12,040 nucleotides of DNA, taken from contig JBDLKA010000101.1 in NCBI GenBank assembly GCA_039714075.1, positions 1 through 12,040 on the forward strand, read 5' to 3'. The notes beneath the pieces were generated by a model. It was given only the letters and a program-made list of their open reading frames with translations. It was not told where the DNA came from and ran no database searches. Made by a program: the position numbers and the translations under genes. How positions within the stretch are numbered: position 1 is the first letter of the stretch; every line of letters starts with the position of its first letter. Positions 8,205 to 12,040 of this stretch are shown piece by piece. The DNA is from Candidatus Krumholzibacteriota bacterium (GTDB lineage: Bacteria; Krumholzibacteriota; Krumholzibacteriia; LZORAL124-64-63).

Positions 8205-8762
8205 CTAGCCGGTCACGACCTCCGAAGTAATACTCACCGGATTGCAGATCGTGTCCCAGATGGGCGAGTGTTCATTGGTGTAGTTGTGCAGCTCGGAAAT
8301 CTTTTCCTTCGGCGCGTCGGACTTCACGAATGTCTTGATGCTCAGGTCGCTCAATCCGGCCCGCTTGTTCCCGATGTTCATGAATCCCTCGAGGCTGCCG
8401 TTCCCCGTGATTTCAAAGGAGAGTTCCTCGAGGTCGATTCCCATGGCCGCCGCGTTGGCCGCGTAACCGACCGTCAGGCAGGCCGCCAGGGCACTGATCA
8501 GGGTCTCGGCGGGGCTGATGCCCTTGTCGCTGCCGAGAATCTGATTGGGTTCGTCGGTACTCAGGGAATGTTCCTTCTCGCGACTGCCGGCCTCTCCGCC
8601 AACCGCGAAGCTGCTGGTGGTGTGGGTGGCCTTGAAGCCGTTTTCCCATTTTGAGGTGACGGTGAAGGTGAGCTTTCCGTTGGCCGGGTCGGATTTTACG
8701 GCTTCGACGGCCGCCATGAGATCATCGACGTTGACACCGTTCTTCATCGTGGCTTGCGACAT
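8205..8762 (-). CDS. OsmC/Ohr family protein
   Basis: NGVNVDDL start, DEPNQILGSDKGISPAETLISALAACLTVGYAANAA, HSPIWDTICNPV; AAGGG SD upstream. Confidence 0.88.
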   Translation of the reverse strand: MSQATMKNGVNVDDLMAAVEAVKSDPANGKLTFTVTSKWENGFKATHTTSSFAVGGEAGSREKEHSLSTDEPNQILGSDKGISPAETLISALAACLTVGYAANAAAMGIDLEELSFEITGNGSLEGFMNIGNKRAGLSDLSIKTFVKSDAPKEKISELHNYTNEHSPIWDTICNPVSITSEVVTG

Positions 8763-8941
8763 GAGATTTTTCCCTTCGCCTTTGATTGATGGTATACTGG
8801 TGGTTGGTTGGGTTTATTGTCCCCTGAAATTCATAGTAATTTAATGGGAGATAGGCCGCCACTGCCACCCTGCCGACGGAATAGCGGGCACTCCAGGGAA
8901 ATGGCATTCCGGGTCGATTTCCCCGAAAATGAAACTCAGCA

Positions 8942-8969
8942 TTGAAATCTGGAGATCTTGAACTAAATT
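8942..8969 (+). promoter_or_regulatory. Putative sigma70 promoter of ahcY
   Basis: TTGAAA (8942-8947), 16-nt spacer, TAAATT (8964-8969), about 50 nt upstream of ATG 9019. Confidence 0.4.
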
Positions 8970-9018
8970 TTGATCGATGATTGACCGAGGGGAACCAGGA
9001 ATTCAGGGAGTATTAGTA

Positions 9019-10404
9019 ATGACGAACAAGCCCCAAGTAAGTTCAGAGTTGGCCGACTACAAGGTCGCGGACATCAGCCTGGCCGATTTCGGCCGCCGGG
9101 AAATGAACCTGGCCGAAACCGAAATGCCGGCCCTGATGGCCCTGCGCAAGAAATACAGCGCCAGCAAGCCGCTGGCCGACGCCCGTATCCTGGGCTGCAT
9201 CCACATGACGATCCAGACCGCCGTGCTCATCGAGACGCTGGTCGAACTGGGCGCCGAGGTGCGCTGGTCGTCCTGCAACATCTTCTCGACCCAGGACCAC
9301 GCCGCCGCCGCGGTCGCCGCGTCCGGCACGGCTGTCTACGCCTGGAAGGGCCAGACCGTCGAAGAGGGCGAGTGGTGCATCGAGCAGACCATCCTCAAGG
9401 ACGGGGTGCCCTGGAACGCGAACATGATCCTGGATGACGGCGGCGACCTGACGGCCATGGCCCACGAGAAGTATCCCCAGATCCTGGAGAACGTCCACGG
9501 CATCACCGAAGAGACAACCACCGGCGTGCACCGCCTGCTGGAGATGGTGGAGACCGGCGAACTGAAGGTGCCGGCCATCAACGTGAACGACTCGATCACC
9601 AAGTCGAAAAACGACAACAAATACGGTTGCCGCCACAGCCTGAACGACGCCATCAAACGCGGCACGGATATTCTCATGGCCGGCAAGAAGGCCCTGGTCG
9701 TCGGCTATGGCGACGTGGGCAAGGGTTCGGCCCAGAGCCTGCGCCAGGAAGGCATGATCGTCAAGATCAGCGAGATCGATCCCATCTGCGCCATGCAGGC
9801 CTGCATGGACGGGTACGAGGTGGTTTCGCCCTACATCGACGGCATCAACACCGGCACCCTGGACGGCATCAACACCGACCTGATGGGCAGCCTGGACCTG
9901 ATCGTCACCACCACCGGCAACACCAACGTTTGCGACCGGCACATGATGGCCACCATCAAGGCAGGCGCGGTGGTCTGCAACATCGGCCATTTCGACAACG
10001 AGATCGACACCCAGTTCCTGCGCGACAACTATGACTGGTCCGAGGTAAAACCCCAGGTCCACCGCATCCAGCGGGACCCCGCCGACGAGCACGACTATAT
10101 CCTGCTGCTGTCGGAGGGCCGCCTGGTCAACCTGGGCAACGCCACCGGGCATCCTTCCCGGATCATGGACGGGTCGTTCGCCAACCAGGTGCTGGCCCAG
10201 ATGCACCTCTACGGGAAGAAGTGGGCCGACACCAAGAGCGAGCCCATCACCGTGACCGTCCTGCCCAAAAAGCTGGACGAAGAGGTGGCCGCCGACATGG
10301 TGCGCGGCTTCAACGGCGTGATCACCAAGTTGACGCCCGAGCAGGCCGACTACATCAACGTAAAGGTTGAAGGTCCGTTCAAGAACGGGGACTACAAGTA
10401 CTAG
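9019..10404 (+). CDS. ahcY: Adenosylhomocysteinase (S-adenosyl-L-homocysteine hydrolase), 461 aa
   Basis: ATG 9019 after [53 protein letters not shown] (NAD-binding), [25 protein letters not shown]. Confidence 0.98.
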   Translation: MTNKPQVSSELADYKVADISLADFGRREMNLAETEMPALMALRKKYSASKPLADARILGCIHMTIQTAVLIETLVELGAEVRWSSCNIFSTQDHAAAAVAASGTAVYAWKGQTVEEGEWCIEQTILKDGVPWNANMILDDGGDLTAMAHEKYPQILENVHGITEETTTGVHRLLEMVETGELKVPAINVNDSITKSKNDNKYGCRHSLNDAIKRGTDILMAGKKALVVGYGDVGKGSAQSLRQEGMIVKISEIDPICAMQACMDGYEVVSPYIDGINTGTLDGINTDLMGSLDLIVTTTGNTNVCDRHMMATIKAGAVVCNIGHFDNEIDTQFLRDNYDWSEVKPQVHRIQRDPADEHDYILLLSEGRLVNLGNATGHPSRIMDGSFANQVLAQMHLYGKKWADTKSEPITVTVLPKKLDEEVAADMVRGFNGVITKLTPEQADYINVKVEGPFKNGDYKY

Positions 10405-10500
10405 TGCGGCCCCTCGGACTGGTTGTCGACGGCTCCATGGATCACCGCCACGGCCGGAAAATCGAACCGGTCGGTTGCGCCTTCGATACCTTGTTTGGCA

Positions 10501-10524
10501 GGGTCGCCCCCCGGGGGGCGACCC
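10501..10524. repeat. Perfect 24-bp palindrome GGGTCGCCCCCCGGGGGGCGACCC
   Basis: Directly read; self reverse-complementary; about 100 nt downstream of ahcY; no U-tract on either side. Confidence 0.85.
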
Positions 10525-10589
10525 GGGGCACTTGGTACGTTGCCGGGCGGCGTATTGTTGACAATAAATATGAAGGCCGATTCTGAGTT

Positions 10590-10677
10590 TTTACATATTG
10601 AAAACAAATAAATTGTTCGAAAAAGTGTCCCCGGGGACACTTCTTATATGGTTTACCTATTGGAAACAAATGAGTTA
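10590..10677. repeat. Direct repeat pair flanking a perfect 20-bp palindrome upstream of rho
   Basis: TTTACATATTGAAAACAAAT (10590-10609) vs TTTACCTATTGGAAACAAAT (10652-10671), 18/20 identical; AAGTGTCCCCGGGGACACTT (10623-10642) lies between them. Confidence 0.8.
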
Positions 10678-10804
10678 ATGATTCGAAGGCCAAGCCGGAA
10701 TCTCCAAAAGATCATGACCCCTTACGGTGGATTTCCGATGGGGGGATTGCCGGCCGGATACAGTTTCAGAGGTACGAACTGGACCTTTCAGCGAATGGAT
10801 CCCG

Positions 10805-11917
10805 ATGTCTGAAAAATCTCCCGCCCCCGTTACCGGGGTGCTCGAAGCTCCACAGAAGGGCGGCGGTTTTCTCCGTGATCCCGCGCGCTCCTTCGCTCCG
10901 GATCGCAGTGATGTCCTTGTCCCGGCCAAGCTGATCCAGAAATGGAACATGTCGACCGGCGCCCTGGTGGTCGGTGGGGCGAAGAAGGGCCCCAAGGGCC
11001 TGATGCTGGACAATGTGGATACGATATGCGGGGTGGATCCCGCCGAATTCGCGGGCCGCACCCCCTTGAAGCAGCTGACCGCCCTGAACCCCGAACAGCG
11101 TTTCAACCTGGGTAAGGGGGCCAACCCCTCCATGCGGATCATCGACCTGATCGCGCCGATCGCCCGGGGCACGCGGGGGCTCATCGTGTCCCCACCCAAG
11201 GCGGGAAAAACCACGCTGCTGGAAAACCTGGCCACGGCCATCCATGAAGATGCCCCGGAAACGCGCATCGTTGTTCTGCTGATCGATGAACGGCCCGAAG
11301 AGGTCACCCATTTCCGCCGCGCCACGCCGGCCGAGGTTCTGGCCAGCAGCAGCGACCAGAGCATCGCCGACCACGTCCGCCTGGCCAAGATGGCCATGTC
11401 CCAGGCCGTGCGCGAGGTCGAGTGCCGGCATGATGTCGTCGTCCTGCTCGACAGCATCACCCGCATGGGGCGCGCCTTCAACCAGAGCGGGCGGGGATCC
11501 GGACGCACCATGAGCGGCGGTCTGGATTCCCGGGCCCTGGAAATCCCGCGCAAGTTCTTCGGCATGGCGCGCAACGTGGAAGGCGGCGGTTCCCTGACGG
11601 TGATCGCCACCGCGCTGGTTGATACCGGCAGCCGCATGGACGACATGATCTTCGAGGAGTTCAAGGGCACCGGCAACAGCGAGATCGTTCTGGACCGCAA
11701 TCTAGCGCAGAACCGCATCTTCCCGGCCATGGACCTCAGGGCCAGCGGCACCCGCCGTGACGAACTCTTTTTCAGCGAAGAGGAATTCGACGCCCTGACG
11801 CTTTTGCGGCGCCGGGTCGTCGCCGCCCACCCCAAGCCCGCCATGGAGGGCATGCTCAAACTGATGGAAAAATATGACAGCAACGAAGCGCTGTTGGCGG
11901 GAATCTCCGGCGAGTGA
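10805..11917 (+). CDS. rho: Transcription termination factor Rho, short form lacking the N-terminal helical domain (370 aa)
   Basis: GVLE...GFLR cold-shock-like domain, Walker A PPKAGKTT, LLIDERPEEVT, LLDSITR, GGSLTVIATALVDTGSRMDDMIFEEFKGTGNSE, SGTRRDE. Start at ATG 10805 is inferred (weak SD); the in-frame extension to GTG 10727 does not look Rho-like. Confidence 0.93.
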   Translation: MSEKSPAPVTGVLEAPQKGGGFLRDPARSFAPDRSDVLVPAKLIQKWNMSTGALVVGGAKKGPKGLMLDNVDTICGVDPAEFAGRTPLKQLTALNPEQRFNLGKGANPSMRIIDLIAPIARGTRGLIVSPPKAGKTTLLENLATAIHEDAPETRIVVLLIDERPEEVTHFRRATPAEVLASSSDQSIADHVRLAKMAMSQAVREVECRHDVVVLLDSITRMGRAFNQSGRGSGRTMSGGLDSRALEIPRKFFGMARNVEGGGSLTVIATALVDTGSRMDDMIFEEFKGTGNSEIVLDRNLAQNRIFPAMDLRASGTRRDELFFSEEEFDALTLLRRRVVAAHPKPAMEGMLKLMEKYDSNEALLAGISGE

Positions 11918-11946
11918 TCACTCCCCTGAATCGACGGGAGTACGGA

Positions 11947-12040
11947 ATGGACGGCAGTGACAAGGCAACACCGGCCTATCTTTCCCTGTGGCGATCGGGC
12001 GAGCTGAAGAAGCGGGCTGTCCGGGCCCGTGAGCATCTCC
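11947..12040 (+). CDS. Probable PflX-like radical SAM protein, N-terminus only (truncated by window edge)
   Basis: GGGAG SD then ATG 11947: MDGSDKATPAYLSLWRSGELKKRAVRAREHL; the PxYLxLxxSGELxxR pattern is typical of the N-terminus of PflX-type radical SAM proteins. The Cys motifs would lie beyond the window. Confidence 0.65.
   Translation, partial: MDGSDKATPAYLSLWRSGELKKRAVRAREHL

Noticed and set aside
508..9004. Identical 12-mer AACCAGGAATTC upstream of the ECF gene (minus, 508-519) and ahcY (8993-9004)
   Set aside because: A single 12-bp match containing an SD-like AGGA is plausible by chance in this much intergenic sequence.
8850..9018. SAH, SAM or cobalamin riboswitch upstream of ahcY (CCGAGG...CCAGG; GCCACTG...GGGAA)
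   Set aside because: Only fragments match. The SAH core GAGGAGCG...CAGGCUC and the B12 box are absent, and the likely promoter leaves a leader of only about 45 nt.
10590..10677. Mini-CRISPR interpretation of the direct repeat pair (26-bp repeats, 36-bp spacer)
   Set aside because: Only two imperfect copies, the spacer is itself a palindrome, and no cas genes are in the window.
10401..10693. Small ORFs in the ahcY-rho interval
   Set aside because: No SD, atypical composition and no recognisable motifs; they run through palindromes and AT-rich regulatory-looking DNA.
9043..12036. Long minus-strand ORFs 9043-10206, 10675-12036 and 10766-11431
   Set aside because: Antisense shadows of the well-supported ahcY and rho genes.

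Overview
High-GC bacterial chromosomal window with no mobile element, rRNA, tRNA or CRISPR array visible. Protein features suggest an FCB-group candidate lineage such as Krumholzibacteriota, Latescibacterota or Eisenbacteria (inference from the FlgD/T9SS-like C-terminal domain and the SWGGVKALF tail). Gene order: ECF-type sigma factor of the TIGR02999 type (minus strand, cut off at the left edge, not in the ORF track); divergent lipoprotein (+); 1626-aa secreted gingipain-like C25 cysteine peptidase with Ig-like repeats, FnIII, eight FG-GAP-like repeats and a FlgD/T9SS-like CTD (-); small secreted protein ending in SWGGVKALFH (-); DinB-family protein (+); OsmC-family protein (-); adenosylhomocysteinase ahcY (+); a short Rho lacking the N-terminal helical domain (+); and the start of a probable PflX-like radical SAM gene (+, cut off at the right edge). 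Most notable: two different C-terminal sorting-like tails next to a C25 peptidase, a Rho with an altered primary RNA-binding site, and a structured ~400-bp region upstream of rho containing loopless CCCCGGGG-centred palindromes and a 26-bp direct repeat pair. All family calls are from motif recognition, not database searches.
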